Part shown: positions 1 to 19,173 of the stretch, in pieces | Numbering within the stretch: the stretch's first letter is position 1 | Layout: each line of letters opens with the position of its first letter | DNA from: Paraspadella gotoi | Lineage: Eukaryota > Animalia > Chaetognatha | Direction: 5' to 3' | Assembly: GCA_051294375.1 (NCBI GenBank) | Contig: CM119271.1 | Span: 3,069,061 to 3,133,060, forward strand | Length of the DNA: 64,000 bases | The notes under the pieces: model-generated | Seen by the model: only the letters and a program-made list of their open reading frames with translations | What the model was told of the DNA's origin: nothing | Databases searched by the model: none | Position numbers and translations under genes: made by a program

Positions 1-412
1 TACTGATGTTGTCTACTTACCACCTTAATAATAAAAAAATAGTTGTATGCGTTGTGATTATTAATTGAACCCGTATAATTTTTCACGTCTGTAATCATGA
101 TCACTCTAGGATATGAATTTCACTCTTCAGCCATTGAAATTGCATCTTTCTACATACTATTTACTTTCCACTTAACATTTAGTATCATTTTATGGTGAAT
201 ATTTAGGATATCATAATCACAATTGTTGCGCAATCTTTGTTGGCTGTGGCGGTTTTTAGAAAACCAATTTTTAACATATTTTAAGGTTGATATAATTACA
301 TAATATTTACTTCTTTGGTTGATTTTTTTTTGGTTTTTCAGATGCGCATTATATCGAATTAAATCCGTCTCGTCGACTCTGCCCAATACCGGCATAACCC
401 TCCCATCGAAAC

Positions 413-1325
413 ATGTCGGACGCTGACGCCGGGCGGACCTGTTGGGTCTGCTTCGCCTCCGACGAGGACGCCCCGCGCGAGCAGTGGGTGCGGCCCTGCG
501 GGTGTCGCGGCGCCACCAAGTGGGTCCACCAAAACTGCGTCAATCGATGGATCGACGAGAAACAAAAGGGTAATTCGACGGCGAAAGTCTTTTGTCCTCA
601 GTGCAACAAGGAGTACGCCTTCACATTTCCGAAGATCACCCATCTTGTCCGCGTCCTTGATCTCGTCGAACGCGGCGTCGTCAAATTCTGCCCGTATCTC
701 GCCGGCGTCGTCTTTATCGGCGCCATGTACTGGGGCGCCGTGACCCACGGCGCCATCACTGTCATGCAGGTCCATTTGGGTTTTCTGGGTTTGACGACAG
801 AATTTGTCCTCAATTACACGATGAATTCAGGTGATGGGCAACAGGGAAGGCCTCACGCTAATGGAGGAGAGCGACTCTTTGGTTCTGCTGATCGGGCTCC
901 CCACGATCCCCGTTGGTCTCGTCCTGGCCAAGCTGACCCGTTGGGAGGATTACGTTCTTCAATGGTGGCGCGGATACTTGCGGCCTTTTCTAGCCTCGGC
1001 GTCTTCCTCCTCATCCTTGCCGACCCAACCGGCGCGAATCCCGGCGGATCCCGCGTCGATCGCGGATCCCGTCTCGGCGACGCGCGTCGTCGTCGGCGCC
1101 CTGCTTCTCCCGACCGTCTCCACAGTGTGCGGGCAACTCTTTTTTAAGAGGGAGAGGAACAACTTTAAACGGACCATGCTGGGGGGCGCTACGTTCGTGT
1201 TGATCAAGGGCCTGCTGAAGCTCTACTACAAGCAGCAGCAGTACGAGCGACAGGTGCAGCGACAGGTGTTGGACTACGAGGTGGCTCAGAAGTTGGCCGC
1301 CGCCGCCTCCGATCGCGATCTTTGA
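413..1325 (+). CDS. MARCHF5: E3 ubiquitin ligase MARCH5 (mitochondrial RING-CH); exons 413-769 and 831-1325
   Basis: RING-CH motif CWVCFA...PCGCRGATKWVHQNC...CPQC, hydrophobic segments and C-terminal YYKQQQY. A GT-AG intron at 770-830 joins the two ORFs in frame. Confidence 0.95.
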
Positions 1326-1601
1326 AGGTGGTGGACCAGTGATATGTAGATTTTGGTTTTACCTTTGATTCCGTTTTCTTTCTGAATAAATTTATTTTCG
1401 TACGTCCTTTGTTTCGTATCTTTTATTTAAATATTCTCTTCCAATATTGTGCCAATTTGTAATAATGTATTAAATTGATTCCTTTAGTAATGGACTTGGG
1501 CACATATTAGGACTTGTAAATAAGTTTCAGCTCTATCGATTAACAAACAACAAATTTAAATTATAAAAACAAAAAAAAACAAACAAACAAAAAAAATTAA
1601 C

Positions 1602-4600
1602 ATGAAGATACTTTTTTCTCAACAAAATCCGTCGGAAACTAATCAAGCAATTCCAGCGACTTTCGCCAATTTCGGAAATCAATTAAATTTTTTCAAATTG
1701 CACCAACAACAACAACCGACGTCTCGATCCTCGGAGCGACCTCCAACGAGGCCGCGAGTTTTGATAGAAGATCACACGGATTCCCCGACCGACCTTTCGA
1801 CGACCGTGTCGGCCGAGATTCGGGAGGAGCGATACCAAGTGAAGACGGAAGCCACAATGCCGACAAGCACAGTAGTGGCCGTCCGGCATCAGTCGCCGCC
1901 GCTCGAAGCATCCAAGATATCGTCGTCCACGGCGACGGCAAAGAGCTCGGTTCCTCCCCTACCGCATAAAAAGATCATCATGGGGAAGATCGAGCACGGA
2001 AACGCCGCCGGGGTTAGCGAATCCATGCAGCACGCGCAAACCATGCTGCAGCTGAGTCAGGAGCCGTTGCTGCTGCACCAACGGACGAGGCCGGATTCAT
2101 CCGCCTCGCAACCGGAGCAGAGGAAGGTGGAGAAGGCGCCGCCGGTTGAATACTACATGGAGATCGGGCAATCTTCGCCCGCGCCCCTCGACGTTCGGCC
2201 GAAACTGGGCGAGAACAACTATGAGAGCAGACATTACTTGACGAACAACTTGAACGAAGCGAGCCTGGCAAGCGGGACACCTTCCGCGCAACAATTAAAT
2301 CCTGCTTTGATTCACAGTAGGATTTTTCCTAAGGATGAGCCGATGTCACCAAGGTTTACTATGATTGGTTTTAACGATTGTGGTTTTTAATATTATTAAT
2401 TTATGTTTGATTAATGACCTCAATTTTATAAATGTACCCAGATCGCTCGCCTCATCTCCACTGGCCTCCGGTACAGCTTCTCCCCGCTCTCCCATCAATT
2501 CCGCCCTCGTTGCCAACGAGCTTAGCCAACGGCTGGCCTCAAAAGGCTTGCTGCAGCAACAAATACAACCACAGCATTTTCAGCATCTTTCGCAGCAACA
2601 AGTAGTCATCTCACCCGCCGAAACTTTAGTCATTTCCACCTCGACTTTGGATTCGGACAATTTCATCGTGTCCTCGGCGAATAGGTATGTTTTCCTATAT
2701 TGTTGTATGGGACGAAGGTGTGTTTCTACTATTACTATTATCTACTATTGTATGATATACAACTATAGAAACTCGCCGTAAAATTTTTTGCTTCACTCAG
2801 ATTTTTTTCCCCCGTTTTTTTGACAGTCCAACATCGACAGTTCCTGTCACAACGGAAAGTCCGGACATTCCGCAAACAAAAATACCAGGTGATTAAATTC
2901 GATAATTCAATCGAAATTAGCAACATGTGAACATAAGCGAAGGAAAAAAGTCATTGATTTTTCCCCTCCCACGAAATTTTCACCAACTACAGGAACAACG
3001 GTATACGAAGGAGAGTACGGGTTTCGCATCTCTTTCGCTCCGCAGATGAAGGAGACAAAATCTGCTCAGGTTTTTCACCGAGTTTATTGCCATTTTAATT
3101 AATCTTTATCAGTATTTTGAATAATTCTCCGCAGTGGACCTACTCTCCGATGCTGCACAAGCTTTTCACGCGCATCAACGCCGCCTGTCCCATCCGTTTC
3201 CAATGCGCCTACAAACTTCCGCCATCGGGAACTCTCCTGCGAGCTCTGCCTATTTACATGCAGGTGCGACATTATTGGCACAGCGTACCCCACAAAAATA
3301 GGAGTAGTTTAATCAGAAAAAGAAGACTACCTTATTTTAAAATTTTGTTTCAGCCCGAACACGTTTGCGAGTCTGTGGTACGGTGTCCCGTTCATGCGGC
3401 GATGCCCTTGGATAACGACGCCAATCCATTGCAGGGTATACATTTTATAATGAAGTTAGAATGAAATGAATTTCAGCATTTAACCATTACCCATCTTAAT
3501 GTTCAGGCGGTCGACCGACGAACCACTTGATACGCGCCGATCACCCCCACGCCGACTACAGCGAGTCGGACCCTCACTACGGTCGCCAGTCTGTTTGCGT
3601 CCCGTTCGAAGCACCAGCCGTCGGCACAATCTGGTCCACGGTCCTTTACCGTTTTATGTGCAACTCTTCTTGCGCGGGTAAATTTTGTTCTTGGAAAAAT
3701 ATTTTTTATAACCATCAGCACTACGTTAAATTGCTTCTTTCCTATAAAGGCGGTATGAACCGACGACCGATTCAAACGGTCTTCACTTTGGAAACCCCGA
3801 CCGGAGAAGTCATCGGACGCCAGGTGGTCGAAGTCAGGATTTGCGCTTGTCCCGGCCGCGACAGCAAGGTGAGTTCCCGAACATAGTGGGAAGTTTCCCC
3901 CAGCGAACTCCCGACGGGCCGCCAGGTGAAGAGTAAGATAAACTATGGCAACGGGAGGATAGCCTGTGATACCCGGGGCGCGGGGTATCTCACCAACTGG
4001 CATAGGGGCTGCGGACCCTCAGTGACCGCCTCCTGTCACTGGCATGTTTATACCGGCACCGTCACACTTAAGCCAGAACCGGGATACCCAGGGATTGAAC
4101 CCAGGACGCACGGATGGAATGAGATGATTTAGCCTGCTCAGCCATTGAGACGAGGCTGAGGACGGACAGCAGTGAGGCAGCTTTAAGTCTTGCTGCCACA
4201 AAACCACTTTTTCCTACCGCAGGTCGAAGAGCGTAATCTGTTGAACAAAGGGAACGGAGGTGACATCTCCTCAAAGGCGCACAACACAAAGATGGAACCC
4301 GGTACTGAAATGGTTACTGATCTTTTAAATAATTATGAGATTAACACACTCTTGAAATTCTGACCGCCATCCTTATAGGTTTCATCCTTGACGGTCCGCT
4401 TCCGATGAACTCGGCCACGCTCGTCCACGACGTTTTCCCCACGAGCGGACGCAAGCGGAAACGCGCTCCTCACCACGAAGTTTCGCAACACCATGACGAC
4501 GAAGAGGCGGGGCCGGTTTACAATCACGGTGAGTTTGGGGTTTGGGCGCTTGCCTCCTGCTTGTCGCCTTTTTGGCCAATCGTTTTCATGACTTAAATTA

Positions 4601-4941
4601 TTGATAAACTTTTCTACCCAACACAACAGGAGCAGAAGACCAGCGCGTATTCACGCTGCTGGTTCGCGGACGCGACACCTACGAACTCCTCAAACGCCTC
4701 CGCGATTCCATCGAACTCTCCAAGATGGCCACCTCCGATCAATTGGACAAGCTTCAGGTCCGAGCACTAGCGATTTGTTAATATTTTAATGATCATGATT
4801 TTAAATTAAAGCGTATGAATTCGACAGACGATGGAGGCGGAGATGGAGCAGCAGGTTAACGCCGCTTCGAGTCTCATCTCGTTTATGTCGCAGCCGCCGG
4901 AGAATCATCATAATCATCCGACGGCGCGGGAAGGCAACTGA
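1602..4941 (+). CDS. p53/p63/p73-family transcription factor (multi-exon, no SAM domain); start codon uncertain
   Basis: Spliced DNA-binding domain [54 protein letters not shown], with all four Zn ligands and the DNA-contact Arg residues. NLS RKRKR; oligomerisation domain [24 protein letters not shown]; stop TGA at 4939-4941. Confidence 0.93.
3944..4160 (-). mobile_element. tRNA-derived SINE, family A copy 1 (in a p53-family gene intron)
   Basis: Minus strand has A-box TGGCTGAGCAGG and B-box GGTTCAATCCC (4091-4101). The body is colinear with the copy at 56631-56833. Confidence 0.8.
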
Positions 4942-5726
4942 GAAAAGGGGAGGGGAAGGTTGAGCTCGTATCAAGTTCCGACCGGCTCTTTGTGAGGATC
5001 GAGTCAAAAAAAAAAGAAAAATTTAACCAAAATTATTTGATTTTTAAAAAAATATTAAAACGGCTGAAAAAGAAAAGAATAAAATACAATGAGGTATACA
5101 AATACTTCTGTGTTCATTGAACACTGTTCAAGTCAACTAAGTCAAGTGTCAATCGTGTGTCCACAGCCATTTATAAAAACAATTAAAAAAAAAACCCTTT
5201 AAACTTTTCACGTACCTACCGAGAACTGTCCCCTTTTTGTAATTCTTTGTAATTATGTTTGGTTTTTTTTAAAGGGAAGTCTAGACTAATATCTGGCGCT
5301 AAAGCGTGTTTTTATCAAAACAAGCCTCATGCTCCTATTTGATTAAGGAAAAAAAAACAGCTTTTCAAATTTCCTCAGTTGCCCTTTCCTTTCCTTTCCT
5401 TTTGAAGTAATAAAGCATATATATATTCATCGAAATTTGTTATGCATTTACGTTTCAGTTATCAATTTATATTTTGGTATTACGCATTCAGTCTTCAGAG
5501 AAAATTTGATAAGAAAAACGAAATTTTGAATTTGTTTTTGTTTTGTCTTAAAAGATTTAATTTGGGACTTCAAAGAAGTACATTGTAGTCGTTCTGGTCC
5601 CGCCTTGCGCTTGTCTCTGCGAACTTCTATCTGCTGAAAGAAATTGGTTCGAGCTGCGTCGCAAGGCCAAGGGTCGCATTGATGAGCGCAGCTTAGAGAG
5701 AAAAGTTACCTAAATTGACTCTAAAA

Positions 5727-7816
5727 ATGGCCGCCAAAAGCAAGACCTCGCTGAAGCTCGACAAGCTTCCCACGATGCCAACGGCACGGACTTTTTGTCA
5801 CGCTTTTCGCGTCGGCGACGTCGCCTTCGTCGCCGGCGGCTGCGACGTCGCGGGAAAGGCGCTGGGGGCTTTCGAGAGCCTCGACATTAGGTGAGGAAGA
5901 TTAGAAGTGGGGAGAGGGAAAGAGCGCGAGTCCTAATCGCTATATTTTTGTCGATAATATAGTAAAAAGAAACCAAAGTGGAACCGCCTGACCGACATGC
6001 CGACACGTCGCGCCGGAGTCACTGGTGGCGTCATACAGGACAAAGTGATCGTCATATCCGGCGTCGATGAAACGAAAAAGTCGCACGAGGTCGTCGAGTG
6101 CTACGACGTGGGCGCCAAGTCGTGGTCCAAATTGGACCCCATCAGCGAACCCATGCAGGGCGTGGCGACCTTCGTCAGGTTGACCATGAATGAAATATTG
6201 ATTTATCTTAAGATCGGATCGTTGTTCTACTTTTTTTTCACCCCTTCCAACCAATTTTCTCCCAGAGACTCACGACTCCACGCCCTCGGCGGCATGAAGG
6301 AAAACGGGAACCCTTCCGATGCCTTCCACGCCCTCGATCTCGAGCGCAACAAATGGGCGATGCACGCGCCGCTCAACTCGGCGCGTTACGCCGCCTCCGC
6401 CTTCGTGGTCGACGATTGTGTTTATGCCATGGGAGGCAGGGTGGGGAAACTGCCCTCGGTCGCTTGCGAGGTTGGTTAATGGTGGTTAAGAGATCAAGGG
6501 TGGATCAACGTTTTTATTGAAGTTTATTTTAAAGGGGTTTTAATAATTTCGTAAATTACGATGTTTTTCATACTAATTTTGAGGGGTATTGAAATAGAGG
6601 GAAATAATCGTATATTTCGCAAAGAGTAGAAACTAGAGAATTATTCGCCTAGACAAAATATACCCAGGGGCAAGAGGAGGAGGGAAAAAGAGGAAGAGGA
6701 GAATGGGACGGCAAGCTAAATCCTCCTCTGCTAATTCATATAAAATTGGTACATTCAATATATAATATTATAAATTCATTCAATAACTCCCCTTACTTTA
6801 AACAGGCTATGGTAGTCAGGGCCTACAGCCTATAATAACATAACACCCTGCAGACTTTTAATTAAGACTCTCTCACCCTTCCCCTCGGCCCGACCAGATG
6901 TTTGATTTTCGCGAGAAGCGATGGCAAAATTTAACTGACGCTCCGTCAAAACGTGTGTTCGTAGCCAGCGCAGTGGATCCGGCGTCTCAGAGAATATTCA
7001 TTGTTGGAGGGCTTAGTCATCCCTCCGACGACGGATTCTGCAACACGCTGGAAGCTTACGATATCAGGTTTGGGGGATAGTCGAAATAAATGTCACTAAC
7101 TAATTCATACTAAAATTAACCTATTTACTCTCAAGTCTTTGTAAATCAACGAATTTATCATATTACATTGAGTACATTGTTCATTAGTTTCATTCATATA
7201 AATTGAGACTTGTACTTTTCTAACAATCGCTGCCAGTTTTGAACTTTGACTTTTAAATTTCGATGTTTTCGTTTCTCTCCTAAAAAAATTCGTTATATAA
7301 CATTACACAACATTTTTAATGCCTTTTATTTATTTAACTCAAAACCAGAGCCGCAAAGTGGGAGTCCCTCGCCCCTCTTCCACAGAAAAAGGGCGACATG
7401 GTCTGTCGATTTCTCGACAATCGTCTCTGGGTTTTTGGTGGAATGGGATCTGAGTCTATGGAGGTCCTTCCGCAGGTGCCGTTTGAAGAATATACTTAAA
7501 ATATGTAGAATTGGAATTTCTCTTTGTTAACTATCAAATTAATCTATTATAGTATTGTGTTGACAATATAATTGTTTCTTCTCTAATCATTCTCCAGCTG
7601 TACTCCGAATGCCACGCCTACGAACCGACGAGCGATTCCTGGTCGGAGTCGTTTCGTCTCTCGTCCCCTCGATCAGCGATGGCGGCGATCGCTTTCCCTA
7701 CCGGCGGCGAAGATGCCGGTGACGCCCTCCAGGAGAAACTCTTCATAGTCGGCGGATTGTTGAATGGCGGACCCGCCAACTCCGCAGAGCTCGTTACGAG
7801 CTCGAAAGGTCGATAA
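5727..7816 (+). CDS. Kelch-repeat beta-propeller protein, KLHDC8-like (multi-exon)
   Basis: Successive kelch repeats (MPTAR..VAGGCD, MPTRRAG..ISGVD, ALGGM, YAMGGR, IVGGLS, VFGGMG, IVGGL) with no BTB domain. Exons join in frame through GT-AG introns. Confidence 0.8.
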
Positions 7817-8181
7817 AGGGAGACGGTTCCGACATGTAATCGGGAAGTATTTTTTAATATTTTTTTTATTGTATTCTGCGACCGCTTTCTTGTTTTACTC
7901 GCGACACAAAGGGACTCTTTGGCATTTTTTCAAAGTGGAATTGATTTTATTTAGTCCAAATTGATTTTTATTTTTATTCTAAATTTTGACTTTCTAATCA
8001 TTTTTTTGATCCAAAAAGCGATGTATTTTACTTTTTCTTATCTGCGTGCCTTATTTTGTAATTTTTTTAGGGTTTTACGATAATTTAAAAACAAGAATGC
8101 GTTCCTATCTTCCTTTCACGTGGATAAACGAAGAATAATGTAACTTTTAGCCACATTATTTAAATAAGCGTAAAAAACAAG

Positions 8182-12446
<4,265 letters not shown>

Positions 12447-13458
12447 AAACGATCTCTCTCTCTCTCTCTCTCTCTCTCACATCGTTGTCACGATTCCAAC
12501 TCCATAAATTCGTCACCGCGTTGTCTCTTGACGGTCGTAAATCGCGAAAAAAAACGTTTGTTGTTTCTCTTTTTCGTCGACGTCATTTGTCTTCTGGATG
12601 ACAGTCGCGTGCGGATCGTAAGAAGTTGGATGGACACTGTCCGCCCCCGCGGGATTGGAAAAACCACTGGCGAAAAAAATATTTACGTTTTACGAAACTT
12701 AATACAGTTTAATTTAATGAACAGTAATGTGTCATATGTTGGTTTTTTTTTTTCAACAAAAGAATCGTCGTTTCCTTTCCCTTCCTGCCTTACGTTTCAA
12801 ATGCAGATTCCCTTTTGAATCCCCTTTCCTTCTGTTACTATTCAGTATTCACCCACTCCCCATTTGACCCCCTCCCCTTTCCACCCCACCCAACCCCTCG
12901 TTTTCCCACCCCCTCCCTTTCCCTCACCTCCCTCGACCCCCCCCAGACCCCCCCGATCCATCCTTACTCATCTTTTCCTGAATTCGCAATTTTTTTTCCC
13001 TCTCGATTCCCTTCTTCCCGTGATCACGAGTTTTATTCGCCTCTTGTTTATTATTATTATTAATATTAATATTATTGACTTTTTTCCAATGAACTTTTAT
13101 TTTATCAAAAAAAGGGATTGATCGAGACTCGCGATGCCCCGAAACGACCTCTTGCTTTTTATGCAATGACCTTCCTTCGTCTAAAATCCCATCGAACGAT
13201 AGTCACTTCACGCCTTTGTGTTCCACACACCCTCAGGGGGTTTTGACTTTGAGGGAGGTTCGCGATTTTGCGAAGCGAAAAAAAACAACTGATTCATAAA
13301 AAAAAACTGTCCCAATTTTCAATTCTCATTATCTTCGTATTTCGTCGGACCTCTTAATTGAACCAATCCCCCAACCCTACCGGCCTACCCTTTTCAAACG
13401 AGAATAATCCCACAAACAATACTAACTTGCTCATTGCTCAATAAACTATCGAAAACTC

Positions 13459-16109
<2,651 letters not shown>

Positions 16110-18261
16110 AGAGATTCAAACTGAACCAAAAAAAAAAAGAAGTGTTAAGTTTACCCTGGACAAGGTTTTTCACGTTAAAGTAAATAAAAGTTACAATCAT
16201 TACTCGCTGGTTTGCTTTATATCGTGGAAAATACGTAGGAAATTATAAAAACTCGAATCTGTGCGTTTTTATACGGCAGAAGACAAAAACCTGTCTTTGT
16301 AGCGATTATTGTGCACTTCGTAATTCAGCCATTCACTGACCAATCTTTCACGATTTTATTTGATAAATGTATACTTGTTTTTAATCTTAAATCATAGACG
16401 TCAAACTATTTCTTTTCTTAAAACAGTCTCTTGCGCTAGTACATGTACAGACATGTACTTCCCCCCCCCAATGAATTCGCAGATTATTCATTTCGTCACA
16501 ATTCAAACTGGTATAAATTTTGAACGTTTCTGCTTTATATCTAGATTTCCAGCTTGCGTTTTCTGTATTTTAACAAAGCTGGTTATCAGTGTAACGTCAT
16601 TCTAATCTATTCCTGTATATTCGGAGAATTTTTAATTAATTAATCTTTCAAGTTTATGTACAATATATATTCATTGTTTGTTTAGTAGTTATTTAATTTA
16701 AAAAAAATTAGTGTTTATACTACTCTTTTAAGCCTCTAAATTTCGTGTTGTCAGTAGTGGTACTTAAAAAAAAGAATCAAATTTTTAGGGTGTAAGGTAA
16801 ATTACACAGATGTACTTTTTTCTTATATACTTAAATGATTATTCTTTGTTCATATGTACCTCACTATTTTTTCTAAATTACCATGCTCGTTGATAATATT
16901 AAGTTGGTAATCGTTTGACAGTTGTTGACGACAAAAATATAATATTTGATAAAAGATACTGTCGAATGCTGAATGCTGAATATTTTAATACGTTAAAACT
17001 AATTTGGTAATTCCGAATTTGTTTTCCTCACTTTATTGAAAGAATCAATATTTATTAAATGTATATACTAAAATTTGGTATTATAAGCTAGCAATTTATA
17101 TGTACGAATTTTTTTATCAAAATTAAGCGTTAGAAAGTCACGAAAAAAAAAAAAAGCTTTTAATGTGCATCCTTTATCAAAAACTACTCGTCTGATACGG
17201 TCGTAAAAATCAGGCTACAACGATAAAACCTCAGCATTTTATACCTCATCATTTACAACTTTTTTTTTTAATTTTTCTATGCGTCAATGAATTTAGTCAG
17301 ATGTGGATAAAGTAGCTAGAAAATCGATTGGATTGAACATAATTTTCACAAAATAACGTAGTAAATTTTTAATGATAACGACAAATATAAGGTTTCTGTT
17401 CTGTAGTTTATTGCACCAAAGCAAAGTTGTAAACGTTGGTTTAAAAAAAAAATTATGGTAAGATATTAGACGGGACTGAGATATCGCTCAACATTTAATT
17501 TCTAAATGATCAGATATGTTGTAGTCAAGGTTTATCTGTCATTCTACATAAACGACATTTGGGTTGTAGAAAGTGAGGATTCTGTTAAGTGTTTTTTTTT
17601 TTAGGTTTGCGTTGCTTCCTCTTTCTAATTTGTGAGAAATATAAAACTATGGTCACTTATTCACTGCCAATATTTTTATTAACTTCTAACTTATGGCAAC
17701 GAATCATTTATCGAATATGTAGATATGTAAATTTGTGTGGCGGTATGTATCAAATTTTACATGCATGAATTTGCAATGTTAAATGTATGCATTCTGCAGT
17801 TTATTCTGCAATCCGTATTTCCTCGTTACATGAAGGATGTGTTGATATTATACAACATTCATCCGATACTTTTTTGTGAATGAAAATTATTTTTATTGCA
17901 ATGCTCTCGATTATTTTTCCCTTTTCTTAAAAAAAAGTAATTTCTATAAATATTCCAAGAAAAAATTGTAAATTTTATTTGCAAACCATCTGTGTTAAGC
18001 CGACGCCCTGTAACCTGAATATTGTAAAATGCAATTTTGCTGTTTATAAACTTTTCCTTTAACGATATCGCAATTCTTTTTGCATCGGCCGCTGTCATAA
18101 AAAAAAAAACGCAATTCGACCAAGAAAACCCGGAGTTTTTCAAATTTGTCCTCCAGGCATTAAAACCTTGTTTTGCTGTAATGTTAGTGTAAAAAAAAAA
18201 TCATGCTTCCGATTTTTCCGTTAGTCTATAAAAATTACGATTATTTTTTCGAACTCGAAAA

Positions 18262-18902
18262 ATGGAAATGGAATCGATGAGCCGCTACGTTTCTCCGGTC
18301 AATCCGGCCATTTATCCTCACCTGACGGTAAACGCGAGATTGTTGAAAGATAAAAATATTAAGATACTGAAGAGACAGTAATTATTGTTATATGTTAATG
18401 ACAGAACCGTTCAATGTAAGCAGTCCCTGAGCTTCGGATCAGGCTGTAACACCGTGTTACAGGCGGGTTAAGCGCCCCGTCTCTCTTAACTGCTAGGCGA
18501 CCACCGGGCTAGAACCCCGGACCTTTGGGTTGGGAGGCGAATGACTTGCCTCCGGCACCAATGGCCGCGGTTCGTGGATTTTAGTCCACCATAATACTGT
18601 CAGCTCGATCTTTCCTCTGATTATCAAAACCCAAATTTGGATTCTTTTGCAAAACAGATCGTTTTGTTGGGCATCGGGATTTTCTTCATGGCTTGGTTTT
18701 TCGTTTATGAGGTCACATCAACTAAGTTTAACCGGGATTTACCAAAGGTAATCGGAAGAAGTACTCATAGGCTCTAGGACTGAATGCGTGTGAATAGTAT
18801 TTTTTGCTCCTTTTTCAGGAATTGCTCATGTCGGCGGTAGCTTCGGTCTTCATGGGTTTCGGAGTCTTGTTCCTTCTCCTGTGGGTCGGAATTTATGTAT
18901 GA
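18262..18902 (+). CDS. TMEM258: TMEM258 oligosaccharyltransferase subunit (3 small exons, absent from the ORF track)
   Basis: Manual translation: [22 protein letters not shown] / [30 protein letters not shown] / [27 protein letters not shown]. Confidence 0.93.
18410..18568 (-). mobile_element. tRNA-derived SINE or pseudo-tRNA (Gly-CCC-like head), family B, in TMEM258 intron 1
   Basis: Minus strand 18568-18497 (72 nt) has acceptor stem GCGGCCA/TGGTCGC, T-like arm CCGGG-GTTCTAG-CCCGG and loop CTCCCAA. The anticodon stem is mismatched, and a hairpin-rich GC body follows. Confidence 0.6.
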
Positions 18903-19173
18903 CGTTTGGATCGTCTGGCTTCAGAAAAAATATTACCTTACGTTTGTTATTAAAATGAAATTCCATCTAAAAACTAGTCTTAAATTTTAACAGTCATGAA
19001 AGGTCAACTGACGAATCTGTTTTCTCTCTGTTATGTATCTAGATGTATTGCTTCCTCAAAGTTTTAAATATTGTTTTCCTTTTGTTTAATTAAAGGTTTA
19101 AGAATACTTTCATTTTTTACGTTCCTCGTATTTTTTTTTTCGATACTTTTTTAAGATTACACAAAAGATAAAA

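Noticed and set aside
16200-18200. Hidden gene or ncRNA in the long AT-rich spacer
   Set aside because: No coding-like exon or convincing structure was found by eye; a small ncRNA cannot be excluded.
18497-18568. Functional tRNA-Gly gene
   Set aside because: The anticodon stem is mismatched and the T-loop register is abnormal, so it is treated as a SINE head or pseudo-tRNA.
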